From an uncultured Campylobacter sp. (GTDB lineage: Bacteria > Campylobacterota > Campylobacteria > Campylobacterales > Campylobacteraceae): DNA of 53,101 bases. A program made the position numbers and the translations under genes. The stretch spans positions 1 to 53,101 of the forward strand of contig CAZWYE010000001.1 in assembly GCA_964637895.1 (NCBI GenBank). The letters run 5' to 3'. The notes beneath the pieces were generated by a model. That model had not been told where the DNA came from, did no database searches, and saw nothing but the letters and a program-made list of their open reading frames with translations. Of the stretch, positions 19,342 through 28,368 are shown piece after piece (the stretch's first letter is position 1; every line of letters starts with the position of its first letter).

Positions 19342-19465
19342 TTTGCGTCCTTTTTATTAAAATTTGTTTTTGATACTTTTTATTTATTTTTTTTGTTTAT
19401 TTTTTTAATTTTTTATTATTTTTTGTTCTATTCTTGCTTAATTTTTGTTTAATCAACTCCCAAAC

Positions 19466-19493
19466 AGATCGGATTTTTTCAAAAAAAACTTTA
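19466..19493 (-). promoter_or_regulatory. Putative sigma28 (FliA) promoter, TAAA-N16-TCCGATCT
   Basis: The minus strand reads TAAAGTTTTTTTTGAAAAAATCCGATCT, upstream of the FlxA-like gene. Confidence 0.55.
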
Positions 19494-19665
19494 TAAATTC
19501 TTAAATATCCTCACTAAACTACATTGCATCCTATTTAAGAGCAAAAAACTTTTCGTGTAAAGATTTGAGATAAGAAAAAAAGGATTAAATTTCACAGCTT
19601 TTTGTAAGCAAAAGAGAGTTTTTGTTTTAGAGTTTAAAAGCATAAAATTCTCATAAAATAATGAT

Positions 19666-19692
19666 TTATCGATACTTAGTAAAAATATTTTA
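19666..19692 (-). promoter_or_regulatory. Putative sigma28 (FliA) promoter, TAAA-N15-ATCGATAA
   Basis: The minus strand reads TAAA ATATTTTTACTAAGT ATCGATAA, with canonical 15-nt spacing. Confidence 0.55.
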
Positions 19693-19732
19693 TTTACTTT
19701 TAAAAGAAATTTAAGCTTCTTAAATTTCTAAG

Positions 19733-19759
19733 TTTAAGCTTGTTTAAAACAAGCTTAAA
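19733..19759 (-). terminator. Inverted repeat just downstream of the PepSY-like gene (terminator-like hairpin)
   Basis: TTTAAGCTTGTTT-A-AAACAAGCTTAAA: 13-bp perfect arms, 5 nt after the stop codon. No clear U-tract. Confidence 0.55.
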
Positions 19760-19764
19760 GTGTC

Positions 19765-20088
19765 TTAGTAGTCGTATTTTTGACCGAGTAAATTCCCAGC
19801 CCTATCGAAAAACAAGTCCATTCTGTTGCCAAGCTCGACCTCGTAGCCGTAAGCTTCATAATCAACATCGCGTATATAAACGCCCGGATACATTTGATTG
19901 ATAGTTTGCATAATCTTTGGCGGAAGCCCGTAATTTTGAGGCATATGAGCTTGCGGATAGGGAGCTTGAGCTTGTGGGGCAACATTAGGCGGAGTTTGTG
20001 CCGAATTTTGCTGAGTATAAGCAGTGCCTGGCTCGACGCAAAAAGCAGAGCAACTTAGAGCTAAAAGCATAAAAAATTTCGATTTCAT
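19765..20088 (-). CDS. Periplasmic PepSY-like (BLIP-like) domain protein
   Basis: Signal peptide, P/Q-rich linker, then LPPKIMQTINQMYPGVYIRDVDYEAYGYEVELGNRMDLFFDRAGNLLG. AAGGAG RBS. Confidence 0.82.
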   Translation of the reverse strand: MKSKFFMLLALSCSAFCVEPGTAYTQQNSAQTPPNVAPQAQAPYPQAHMPQNYGLPPKIMQTINQMYPGVYIRDVDYEAYGYEVELGNRMDLFFDRAGNLLGQKYDY

Positions 20089-20133
20089 TTCTTCTCCTTT
20101 TTTAAAAAAACTAAGCGAAGTTTAAAATTATTT

Positions 20134-20151
20134 TGTGAATTATTCGTGAAA
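20134..20151 (-). promoter_or_regulatory. DccR-type binding site WTTCAC-N6-TTCACW
   Basis: The minus strand reads TTTCAC GAATAA TTCACA over the -35 region, with a TAAACT -10 candidate at 20119-20124. Confidence 0.75.
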
Positions 20152-20269
20152 TTTGACAGAAATACCAGAAAAGAATTGTGTAAAAATTTCAAATTCTTTT
20201 AAAAATAAACTTTGTTTAAGCTGTTTTTTGAGTATGGTTAAAATTTAATTTTAAAAAAAGGGAGAGAAA

Positions 20270-20413
20270 ATAAAAAATATAGCCTTGGGTTTGATTTTAG
20301 CTTTGAATTTCGCATTTGCTGCGATTAATGAGAAAAAGAAAAAACTTAAAATGAGTGATGTTGAAGATGGTATTGATACCGCAAAATATGTAAAAATACG
20401 GCTAAATGCTTAA
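20270..20413 (+). pseudogene. Small exported-protein ORF or remnant with an ATA start
   Basis: GGGAG RBS followed by ATA-KNIALGLILALNFAFAAINEKKKKLKMSDVEDGIDTAKYVKIRLNA*. Signal peptide with an AFA cleavage site. Confidence 0.5.
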
Positions 20414-20683
20414 AGAATTTAAAGACTTGTTTAAAAACGAAAATCCCAGCCGGACTCACACGGGCAGGAATTAATCGGAGTTCAAAAGAATAAAATGGGT
20501 CTTTTTTTAAAGAAAATTTGCAAATAGGCAAAACAAGAATTTCAAAACGAAATTCAAAAAATCCGTAAAAATTCAAGCTTAATTTACCAAAAATAAAGAC
20601 TTTAAAGTAAATTTGATAAATTTTTCAAAGCACAGTTGCAAACTGATAGAACAAAAAATTTAAAGCAAATTTCGCAAAAATTT

Positions 20684-21862
20684 TCAATGCAAATCCTCGT
20701 TGAGCTTTACCGCTTTTTTATTAAGGCAAACTATCATCGCCCCGCTTAAAGAATCTTGTCTGAAATGTAAGCCGTTTAAGTCTTTTAGCTCCAAGCCTTT
20801 GTAAATTTCTTTGCTAAAATCAAAATTCGCATTGAGTTTGCTAAGCTCATCTTTGTCCTTAAGCACGAATTTCGTCCCCTCAAGCACGGCAATTCCTGCA
20901 TCGACTATGCAGTTATCTCCCAAAGGAATGCCTGTTACCGAATTCGCACCCAAAAGGCAGGATTTTCCAACGCTTATAGCATTCCCGCTCGTTCCGCTTA
21001 AAACGCCCAAAATAGACGCACCGCCACCTATGTCGCTTCCCTCGCCAACTATAGCCGATGAGCTTATGCGTCCCTCAACCATACAAGCTCCAGTCGTTCC
21101 TGCATTGAAATTCACATAAGAAGCACCGGGCATTATGGTCGTTCCAGAGGCTAAGGCTGCACCCATTCTAACCTTTGAGGCATCAAGTATTCTTGTATTA
21201 TCCTCTGGAATTATGTGTGTTAAAAATCTTGGAAATTTATCGACAAAATCGATTCTAGGATATTGCTTACTCATCTTTAAACGCATTTCGTTCGCTCTTA
21301 AATACTCAAGCTCAAAAGGCGTATTATCGCTCCACGCTGCGTTGCTTAAAAGAGAGAAAGCCCCGTCTAAATTCACGCTTCTTAAAGCGACTTTTTTTTG
21401 AGAAAGCAAGTAAAGCTTAAGATAAACGCTCTCAACGCTCTTTGGTGCTTCATCCTCAAACAGGCAAACAAAAGCAAATTCCTCTTCTTTGAATTTATCC
21501 TTGATAATCTTGATAAGTTCTATATTTTGATGACCTTCTTCTTCTAAAAAAGGCTTAAAACAAGATAAGATAAAAAGTATATCTTCAAGCTTTAAACTCT
21601 GCACAAACTCGCTTTGCTTAAAGTCAATCTCAACGCCTCTTTGCATAAAAGCTTCAAGCAAAACCGCTGCCGAGCCGTAATTTTGCTCGTAATTTATCAA
21701 AGCAAAATTTGCTTGTAAGACCTTGTTTTTATTAAGCTGCCCGAAATCTCTTCTTGCTATACCAAAGGCTTTAGGCTTTTTGTATCCCGGCTTTTGCTCG
21801 ATTTGCTTGATAAAAAGTAAAAAATCCTCTTTTGTTTCTATATTTTTAGCTTCTATATTCAT
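20684..21862 (-). CDS. dapD: Tetrahydrodipicolinate N-succinyltransferase (epsilonproteobacterial type)
   Basis: DKFPRF, VRMGA, YVNFNAGT, EGRISSSAIVG and hexapeptide repeats. ATG at 21862 has an AAGGA RBS. Confidence 0.92.
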   Translation of the reverse strand: MNIEAKNIETKEDFLLFIKQIEQKPGYKKPKAFGIARRDFGQLNKNKVLQANFALINYEQNYGSAAVLLEAFMQRGVEIDFKQSEFVQSLKLEDILFILSCFKPFLEEEGHQNIELIKIIKDKFKEEEFAFVCLFEDEAPKSVESVYLKLYLLSQKKVALRSVNLDGAFSLLSNAAWSDNTPFELEYLRANEMRLKMSKQYPRIDFVDKFPRFLTHIIPEDNTRILDASKVRMGAALASGTTIMPGASYVNFNAGTTGACMVEGRISSSAIVGEGSDIGGGASILGVLSGTSGNAISVGKSCLLGANSVTGIPLGDNCIVDAGIAVLEGTKFVLKDKDELSKLNANFDFSKEIYKGLELKDLNGLHFRQDSLSGAMIVCLNKKAVKLNEDLH

Positions 21863-21878
21863 AGTTTTTCCTTTAAAT

Positions 21879-22976
21879 TTAATGCGAACACGCACTTTTT
21901 GTGTTTGTTACCGGCTGCACAGCTGAATTATCGCCTTTGCCGACTTTTTCTAAGAATTCCCAAAGTTTTTCAGCTACCTCTGCGTATCTTTTAGCACTTA
22001 TGCTTTCTGGTTTATAAAAACTCACGGGCTTTCCTGCATCGCCTCCTTCTCTAACGCTCATTTCTAGAGGAATTTGTGCAAGAATTTGCGTATTGTAAGC
22101 CTTAGCCATTTCTAAGGCTGTTCCTTTGCCGAAAATTTCGTATTCCTTGCCATTATCCGGGCATAAAAATCCGCTCATATTTTCGATAATACCGGCGACT
22201 TTTATATGAAGTTTTTCAAACATATCTAAAGCCCTTTTGCTATCATCTAGAGAAACGATTTGAGGTGTGCTTACGCAAACTCCTGCACTAATTGGTACGC
22301 ACTGTGCACAAGTAATTTGTGCATCGCCTGTTCCAGGAGGCATATCCAAAAAAAGCACATCAAGCGAGTCCCAAAGTACATCGCTTAAAAGCTGTTCTAC
22401 TGCTTTCATAATCATAGCCCCGCGCCACATCAGCCCTTGTCCTTGCTCGATTAAAACGCCCATACTCATCATAGAAATTCCGTGTGTTAAAATAGGCTTT
22501 AATTTCTGCCCTACAACTTCAGGCTGGGTTTCGCTCTCGCCTAGCATTCTAGGGATATTTGGTCCGTAAATATCCGCATCTAAAATTCCTACTTTTTTAC
22601 CCATTTTTGCCATAGAAATTGCTAAATTTACAACCGCCGTGCTTTTTCCAACTCCGCCTTTTCCGCTTGAAATCATAACAAAATGCTTAATCTGCGGTGC
22701 TAAATTTCTACCGCTTCTTGTGTTGCTTTTTTCTTCGGGGGTTTTAGGCTGGAGTATGTTTATTTCAAGTTCTTTAAAATTTAAGTCCTTAAGTGCGTCT
22801 TTAATGTCTGCTTTAAGCTTTTGTGCTGTGTCTTTGTTTGCTGATACTATTTCTATTTTAAGCTCTAGTTTTTCGTTTAAAATTTTAATATCTTTTACAA
22901 AATCAAAGCTCACAATATCTTTTTGAAAGCCCGGATATTTCACAGATTTTAATCTTTCTTTGACCTTTTCTTCCAT
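21879..22976 (-). CDS. mrp: Mrp/NBP35 Fe-S carrier ATPase
   Basis: SGKGGVGKST, DADIYGP, DMPPGTGD and ENMS motifs. ATG at 22976 has an AAGGAG RBS. Confidence 0.93.
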   Translation of the reverse strand: MEEKVKERLKSVKYPGFQKDIVSFDFVKDIKILNEKLELKIEIVSANKDTAQKLKADIKDALKDLNFKELEINILQPKTPEEKSNTRSGRNLAPQIKHFVMISSGKGGVGKSTAVVNLAISMAKMGKKVGILDADIYGPNIPRMLGESETQPEVVGQKLKPILTHGISMMSMGVLIEQGQGLMWRGAMIMKAVEQLLSDVLWDSLDVLFLDMPPGTGDAQITCAQCVPISAGVCVSTPQIVSLDDSKRALDMFEKLHIKVAGIIENMSGFLCPDNGKEYEIFGKGTALEMAKAYNTQILAQIPLEMSVREGGDAGKPVSFYKPESISAKRYAEVAEKLWEFLEKVGKGDNSAVQPVTNTKSACSH

Positions 22977-23088
22977 AAACTCTCCTTCTTTGCTTAAAAA
23001 TGATAATTTTACTAATAAAAAATAAAATTTAGCTTTTTTATATGTAGAATATAGTAACATTTCAAAGAATTTTCATCAAGGAGTGAAT

Positions 23089-24204
23089 TTGGCGGATATA
23101 AGTTTAATCGTGCTTGCGGCTGGAGGCTCTACGCGTTTTAATCTAGAGGTTAAAAAGCAGTTTCTTCGCTTAGGAAGCGATCCTCTTTGGCTTTATGCGA
23201 CGAAAAATTTAAGCTCTTTTTACCCTTTTAAGAAAATTATAATTGCTTCAAATGATGTTTCTTATATGAAAAAATTCGCGAAAAATTACGAATTTGTAAC
23301 CGGTGGAAACACAAGAATGAAGTCTTTAAAAAATGCTCTTAAAAAAGTGGAAAGCGAATTTGTAGTGGTAAGCGATGCCGCAAGGGTTTTGGTGAGTAAA
23401 AATATGTTTGATAAACTTATGGATAGCATTGCTCACGCAGATTGTATCACTCCTGCTTTAAAGGTAGCCGATACGACGGTTTTAGAGCATAAAACCTTAC
23501 AAAGAGAAAAAATCAAGCTCATTCAAACGCCTCAAATTTCACGCACGGCTTTGCTTAAAAAAGCCTTAGAAAGCAAGAAAGAATTCACAGATGATAGCAC
23601 GGCAATAGCTTCTGTGGGCGGGAAAATTTGGTATATAGAGGGCGAGGAAAGTGCGAGGAAAATCACCTTTAAAGAAGACTTAAAAAAGCTTGATTTACCG
23701 CCACCAAGTAACGAAATTTTCACAGGAAATGGCTTTGATATACACGCATTTGGAGAAAAAAGGGCTTTGATTTTAGGAGGCATTAAGGTGCATTCTAGCA
23801 AAGGCGTAAAGGCTCATAGCGATGGGGATTTAATCGCTCATTCTTTAACTGATGCTCTTTTAGGAGCTGCGAGTTTAGGCGATATAGGTGAGCATTTTCC
23901 GGATACGAACTTAAAGTATAAAAACGCCGATTCTATGAAGCTTTTAAAAGAAATTTATGCTAAAGTTAAATCTTTTGGCTTTGAGCTTATAAACGCTGAT
24001 ATTAGCGTCATAGCACAGGCTCCAAAGCTTAAAGAATTTAAAGAAAAAATCGCACAAAATATAGCAAAAACCTTAGACCTTGATGAATTTAGGATTAATG
24101 TCAAAGCAACCACGAGCGAGAAACTAGGCTTTATCGGCAGAGAAGAAGGTTTGGCTGTGTTTAGCTCGGTAAATTTAAAGTATTTTGATTGGACTAGGCT
24201 ATGA
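23089..24204 (+). CDS. ispDF: Bifunctional IspD/IspF (MEP cytidylyltransferase / MEcPP synthase)
   Basis: LAAGGSTRF...KKQF, IQTPQ, GFDIH, HSDGD, GDIGEHFP and KATTSEKLGFIGR motifs. Start is TTG 23089 or GTG 23083. Confidence 0.95.
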   Translation: MADISLIVLAAGGSTRFNLEVKKQFLRLGSDPLWLYATKNLSSFYPFKKIIIASNDVSYMKKFAKNYEFVTGGNTRMKSLKNALKKVESEFVVVSDAARVLVSKNMFDKLMDSIAHADCITPALKVADTTVLEHKTLQREKIKLIQTPQISRTALLKKALESKKEFTDDSTAIASVGGKIWYIEGEESARKITFKEDLKKLDLPPPSNEIFTGNGFDIHAFGEKRALILGGIKVHSSKGVKAHSDGDLIAHSLTDALLGAASLGDIGEHFPDTNLKYKNADSMKLLKEIYAKVKSFGFELINADISVIAQAPKLKEFKEKIAQNIAKTLDLDEFRINVKATTSEKLGFIGREEGLAVFSSVNLKYFDWTRL

Positions 24205-25088
24205 AAGTTTTGATTATAGAAAATGAAATTTATCTTGCGCAAAGCATTAGCATAAAGCTTAGCGATTTGGGTTATAGTTGCGATATTATCGATACTTACG
24301 AGGAGTTAAACCACGAGAAATTTTACGATATAATCTTACTTTCAACCAACACGGATAATTTTTTAAAAGCAGTGGAGAAATTCAAAAAAAGCATAGTGAT
24401 TTTGATGATTTCTTATATCAGCACGGATACGGTAACAAATCCTTTAAAAACCGGGGCGAACGATTATATACAAAAGCCTTTTATGATAGAGGAGCTTTTA
24501 AGGAAAATCAAGCATTACCAAGATTTTAAAAAGCTATCAAGCTTAAACAAAGCTTATAAAAACTACATCAACTCAAGGCTCGATAAAATCAAGCTTCCCG
24601 TATATAATTACAAAAAAATCAAGCTCCCGCTTCTCATCAAATCAAACAAGCAAAATTTCGCCGACGCCTTTGTGTTTAACTACATAAACGAGTGCGAGAA
24701 AACGCTTTTTTACGCGGATTTAAGCGCGAATTATTCTTTAGAGCAAATTTGGCAAAACTACACTCAAAACGATTTACTTTTTTTAAGCAATTTTCAAGCC
24801 TTAAAAAGTCCAGAAAAAGAAAAGCTTTTAGAATTCATACAAAACAAGCCTGTAATCTTGCATAGCAACATAAACAGCGAGGATTTTGGGCTAAATTCTT
24901 TGGATTTTGACTGCGGTGAGGAGGGTATCACAAGCAACGAAATTCTAACCATAGACGAGTATGTAAAATACAGCATAGCGACTTATCAAAATATCTTTTC
25001 AGATACAGAACTTGCTAAAAAACTTGGCATTTCGCGCAAATCTTTGTGGGAAAAGAGGAAAAAATATGGAATTTCAAGGAAAAAATAA
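24201..25088 (+). CDS. Atypical response regulator (receiver-like domain plus C-terminal Fis-type HTH)
   Basis: MKVLIIENE, GANDYIQKPF and ELAKKLGISRKSLWEK. The expected phospho-acceptor Asp position reads Ser (DIILLS). Confidence 0.8.
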   Translation: MKVLIIENEIYLAQSISIKLSDLGYSCDIIDTYEELNHEKFYDIILLSTNTDNFLKAVEKFKKSIVILMISYISTDTVTNPLKTGANDYIQKPFMIEELLRKIKHYQDFKKLSSLNKAYKNYINSRLDKIKLPVYNYKKIKLPLLIKSNKQNFADAFVFNYINECEKTLFYADLSANYSLEQIWQNYTQNDLLFLSNFQALKSPEKEKLLEFIQNKPVILHSNINSEDFGLNSLDFDCGEEGITSNEILTIDEYVKYSIATYQNIFSDTELAKKLGISRKSLWEKRKKYGISRKK

Positions 25089-26214
25089 GAGTTTAAATAT
25101 AAATAAAAACGAGCTTGGCATACTTTCTCTCATTAAAGAAGGCTTATTTGGAACTTGCAAGCATTTAATGAGCGAGGAAGAGAGTCAAAACATACTTAAA
25201 ACGCACAAATTTAAAAATGAGATTTTTCCTTATCCTTTAAGCTTTGCTCCTAAAAAAAGCGAGAATTTAAAGCCAAATGAGCGCGTAAATTTGCTTTTAA
25301 ATAATGAAATCATAGGACACATAGACATAAAAAGTTTGTTTAAAAGCAAAGAAAATTTCACGGACATTTTCAGTCCTAACGAATGCACACTTGAAAATCA
25401 AAATAAAACTTATATAAGTGGGGAATTTGAAATTTATAACTCGCCGATTAAAGCCCTAAAAAAAGACTTTTTACGCATTAAAAATCAGCACAACGCAAAA
25501 AGAATTACCGCCCTTTTTTCAAGCTTTGATCCTTTGCATAGAGCACACGAGAGAATGTTTCGCTGGATGATAGATAAAGCCGATTTAGTCGTGATTTTTT
25601 TGATAGAATCTTACAAAAATGAAGGCTTTGACTTTGCCTTAAAAGAAAAATATTTAAAAAAATTCATACAAAATTATCTTCCTAGCGAATGCGTTTTTAT
25701 CTTTGCTTTAAAGGATATAGAGCTTTTTAACTCGCACTTAAACCCCGGACTTGAGAGCATTATCGCTAAGAATTTGGGTTGCACGAAATTCGTAGTCGGG
25801 CAAAATCACAGCGGACTTGGAATGTTTTATGATCATAATCAGCCCAAAACTATACTCGATGATTTTTCAAAAGATTACGGCATAGAAGTAGTTGTTCTGC
25901 CCGAATTCGTTTTTTGCGACAAATGTAGAATGATCGTAAGCACGAAATCCTGCCCACACGGAAGCCATCATCATATACATTATGATAGCGATTCGCTTAA
26001 ATCCTTGCTTTGCTCTGGTCTTATCCCGCCAGCAGTTTTTATGCGTAAGGAGGTTTCCAGCATAATTTTGAGCGAACTTTTTCCAAAGCGTTTTAAAGAT
26101 ATGCAAAAAATTTATTATAGTTTGTTCCCAACGAGCGGAATTTTAGAGCATAAAGAAGACGAGGAGTTTTATCAAAAACTCTTAGAAATTCATCAAATGT
26201 CTTATATGGTGTGA
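25066..26214 (+). CDS. Sulfate adenylyltransferase (Sat)-like protein
   Basis: PLHRAHE (HxxH), AKNLGCTKFVVGQNHSG and CDKC...CPH zinc motif. ATG at 25066 preferred. Confidence 0.78.
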   Translation: MEFQGKNKSLNINKNELGILSLIKEGLFGTCKHLMSEEESQNILKTHKFKNEIFPYPLSFAPKKSENLKPNERVNLLLNNEIIGHIDIKSLFKSKENFTDIFSPNECTLENQNKTYISGEFEIYNSPIKALKKDFLRIKNQHNAKRITALFSSFDPLHRAHERMFRWMIDKADLVVIFLIESYKNEGFDFALKEKYLKKFIQNYLPSECVFIFALKDIELFNSHLNPGLESIIAKNLGCTKFVVGQNHSGLGMFYDHNQPKTILDDFSKDYGIEVVVLPEFVFCDKCRMIVSTKSCPHGSHHHIHYDSDSLKSLLCSGLIPPAVFMRKEVSSIILSELFPKRFKDMQKIYYSLFPTSGILEHKEDEEFYQKLLEIHQMSYMV

Positions 26215-26215
26215 A

Positions 26216-26707
26216 ATGCAAAAGCTTTTTTTGACTTTTTTTTATTCGGGTTGTGCTAAAAAAGCACCAGGAACCTTTGGCACTCTTGTGGCGCTCATTC
26301 CTGCTTTTTTCGTGCTTAAATATCTTGGTGTGCAAAGCTTGTTTTTGCTTTCTATTTTGATTTTTTGCGTAAGCATTAAGATTATCGATGATTACGAGCA
26401 AAAAAGCAAAATTCACGACGATAAGCACATAGTAATTGACGAAGTGGCAGGAGTTTTCCTCGCTTTAAGCATTTGCGGAGAAAGCGTTTTTACCTTTTTA
26501 CTTTCTTTTTTAATGTTTAGAATTTTTGACATTAAAAAGCCCTCAATTATAGGCAGAGTCGATAAAAAAGTCAAAGGCGGCTTAGGCGTGATGCTTGATG
26601 ATATTTTAGCTGGGGCTTTTGCGGGGCTTTTTTGTGCGGTTGTTTATGGCTTTTTGCTAAAACTAGGGCTTTTAACTTGGGATATAAAGCTTAGGGAATT
26701 GTTTTGA
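26216..26707 (+). CDS. pgpA: Phosphatidylglycerophosphatase A
   Basis: APGTFGTL, IVIDEVAG, FRIFDIKKP and GGLGVMLDD motifs. Confidence 0.93.
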   Translation: MQKLFLTFFYSGCAKKAPGTFGTLVALIPAFFVLKYLGVQSLFLLSILIFCVSIKIIDDYEQKSKIHDDKHIVIDEVAGVFLALSICGESVFTFLLSFLMFRIFDIKKPSIIGRVDKKVKGGLGVMLDDILAGAFAGLFCAVVYGFLLKLGLLTWDIKLRELF

Positions 26708-26787
26708 AATTCTTTGAAATTTTTTAAATAAAACTTAAAAAGCTTTAAATTTGCCTTAAATTAATTTGTTTTTAAAATTTATTCTTA

Positions 26788-26793
26788 TATAAT
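26788..26793 (+). promoter_or_regulatory. Sigma70 -10 box of rpsT-prfA
   Basis: TATAAT about 30 nt upstream of the ATG, with periodic T-tracts further upstream. Confidence 0.6.
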
Positions 26794-26824
26794 CTAAATT
26801 TTAATTTTAATATAAGGAAAATCA

Positions 26825-27088
26825 ATGGCAAACCACAAATCTGCTGAAAAAAGAGCAAGACAAACCCTTAAAAAAACGCAAAGAAACCGCTTTTACCGCA
26901 CAAGACTTAAAAATATCACCAAAGCAGTAAGAGAAGCTGCTGCAAAGAACGATAAAAACGCAGCAAACGAGGCTTTTAAAATCGCAAACAAAAGCATACA
27001 CGCTATGGTAAGTCGTGGTTTTCTTAAAAAACAAAGTGCTTCGCGCCGGGTTAGCCGTCTCGCACTTTTAATCAATAAAATCGCATAA
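26825..27088 (+). CDS. rpsT: 30S ribosomal protein S20
   Basis: [13 protein letters not shown]...ASRRVSRL. Confidence 0.97.
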   Translation: MANHKSAEKRARQTLKKTQRNRFYRTRLKNITKAVREAAAKNDKNAANEAFKIANKSIHAMVSRGFLKKQSASRRVSRLALLINKIA

Positions 27089-27103
27089 AATTCCATAAAT
27101 TTA

Positions 27104-28174
27104 ATGTTAGCAGACAAACTTAAGGCTTTTTTTAAACGCTACGAAGAGCTTGAAGCTCTTCTTAGAAATGCTGATATTTTAAGCGATATTAGCAAGATGA
27201 CCGCACTTTCAAAAGAGCAAAAAAATTTAGAACCTATCATCACAAAGGCTGAAAATTATTTTAAAATTTTAGAACAAATCGAAGAAAACAAAGCCCTCTT
27301 AGGCGACGCAGAACTTGGCGAACTTGCAAAAGAAGAGCTTAAAAATCTCGAAGAATCCAAGCCTTTGCTCGAAGAAGAGATTAAAATTCTACTTTTACCA
27401 AAAGATGCTAACGATGAAAAAAATATCTTCCTTGAAATTCGTGCAGGAACGGGTGGCGATGAAGCGGCTTTGTTTGTTGGGGATTTGGTAAAAGCTTATG
27501 CAAGATACGCAGAAGCTCGTGGGTATAAGCTTGAGATTGTAAGCCAGAGCGAGGGAAGTGTCGGTGGTTTTAAAGAGATTATAATGCTTGTTAAAGGTGC
27601 GGGAGCTTATTCAAGGCTTAAATTCGAGGGCGGAACGCACCGTGTGCAAAGAGTGCCACAAACCGAATCGCAAGGCAGGGTGCATACTTCGGCAATTACC
27701 ATTGCGATTATGCCTGAAGTTGATGATATAGAAATTCAAATTGATCCAAACGACCTTAAAATCGATGTGATGCGCTCAAGCGGACACGGAGGGCAAAGCG
27801 TTAATACCACAGACAGTGCTGTGCGAATCACGCACATACCAAGCGGAATTGTCGTTGTCAATCAAGACGGAAAATCCCAGCACAAAAACAAAGAAAACGC
27901 GATGAAAGTCCTAAAAGCAAGGCTTTATGAGATAAAAGAAAACGAAAGGCTTGAAAAAGAAAGCCAAACAAGAAAATCCCAAGTAGGAAGCGGCGATAGG
28001 AGTGAGCGTATAAGAACTTATAATTTTCCGCAAAACCGCATAAGCGATCACCGCATAAATCTCACGCTTTACAGGCTTGATGCCATTATGCAAGATGGAC
28101 TTTTTGACGAGATTATCGAACCTTTAATTGCTCATCATCAAGCTAAGGCTTTAGAGGAACAGAATCTAAGCTGA
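27104..28174 (+). CDS. prfA: Peptide chain release factor 1
   Basis: GGQ motif, PxT (PQT) RF1 anticodon motif and [13 protein letters not shown]. Confidence 0.97.
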   Translation: MLADKLKAFFKRYEELEALLRNADILSDISKMTALSKEQKNLEPIITKAENYFKILEQIEENKALLGDAELGELAKEELKNLEESKPLLEEEIKILLLPKDANDEKNIFLEIRAGTGGDEAALFVGDLVKAYARYAEARGYKLEIVSQSEGSVGGFKEIIMLVKGAGAYSRLKFEGGTHRVQRVPQTESQGRVHTSAITIAIMPEVDDIEIQIDPNDLKIDVMRSSGHGGQSVNTTDSAVRITHIPSGIVVVNQDGKSQHKNKENAMKVLKARLYEIKENERLEKESQTRKSQVGSGDRSERIRTYNFPQNRISDHRINLTLYRLDAIMQDGLFDEIIEPLIAHHQAKALEEQNLS

Positions 28175-28277
28175 AATTTTGGTTTTTTTAAATTTAAATA
28201 AACTTTAAACTTTTTAAGTTTTGCAAAACTTGCCTTTAAAGGAAAGAATTTAAACGAAAAAGGCAAGGAAGCTTTGG

Positions 28278-28340
28278 AAAGGTTGAAAGGTTGAAAAATT
28301 TTAAATAAACAATAAAAAGTAATAAAAGGTTGAAAAGTTG
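28278..28340 (+). repeat. Two pairs of tandem 8-bp repeats AAAGGTTG upstream of the methyltransferase
   Basis: AAAGGTTG at 28278-28285, 28286-28293 and 28325-28332. AAAAGTTG at 28333-28340. Confidence 0.75.
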
Positions 28341-28368
28341 AAATTAAATTTAAACAAAAGGCACACTT

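Noticed and set aside
20346-20576. 76-aa minus-strand ORF
   Set aside because: It has a TTG start without an RBS, no motif, and overlaps the plus-strand signal-peptide ORF.
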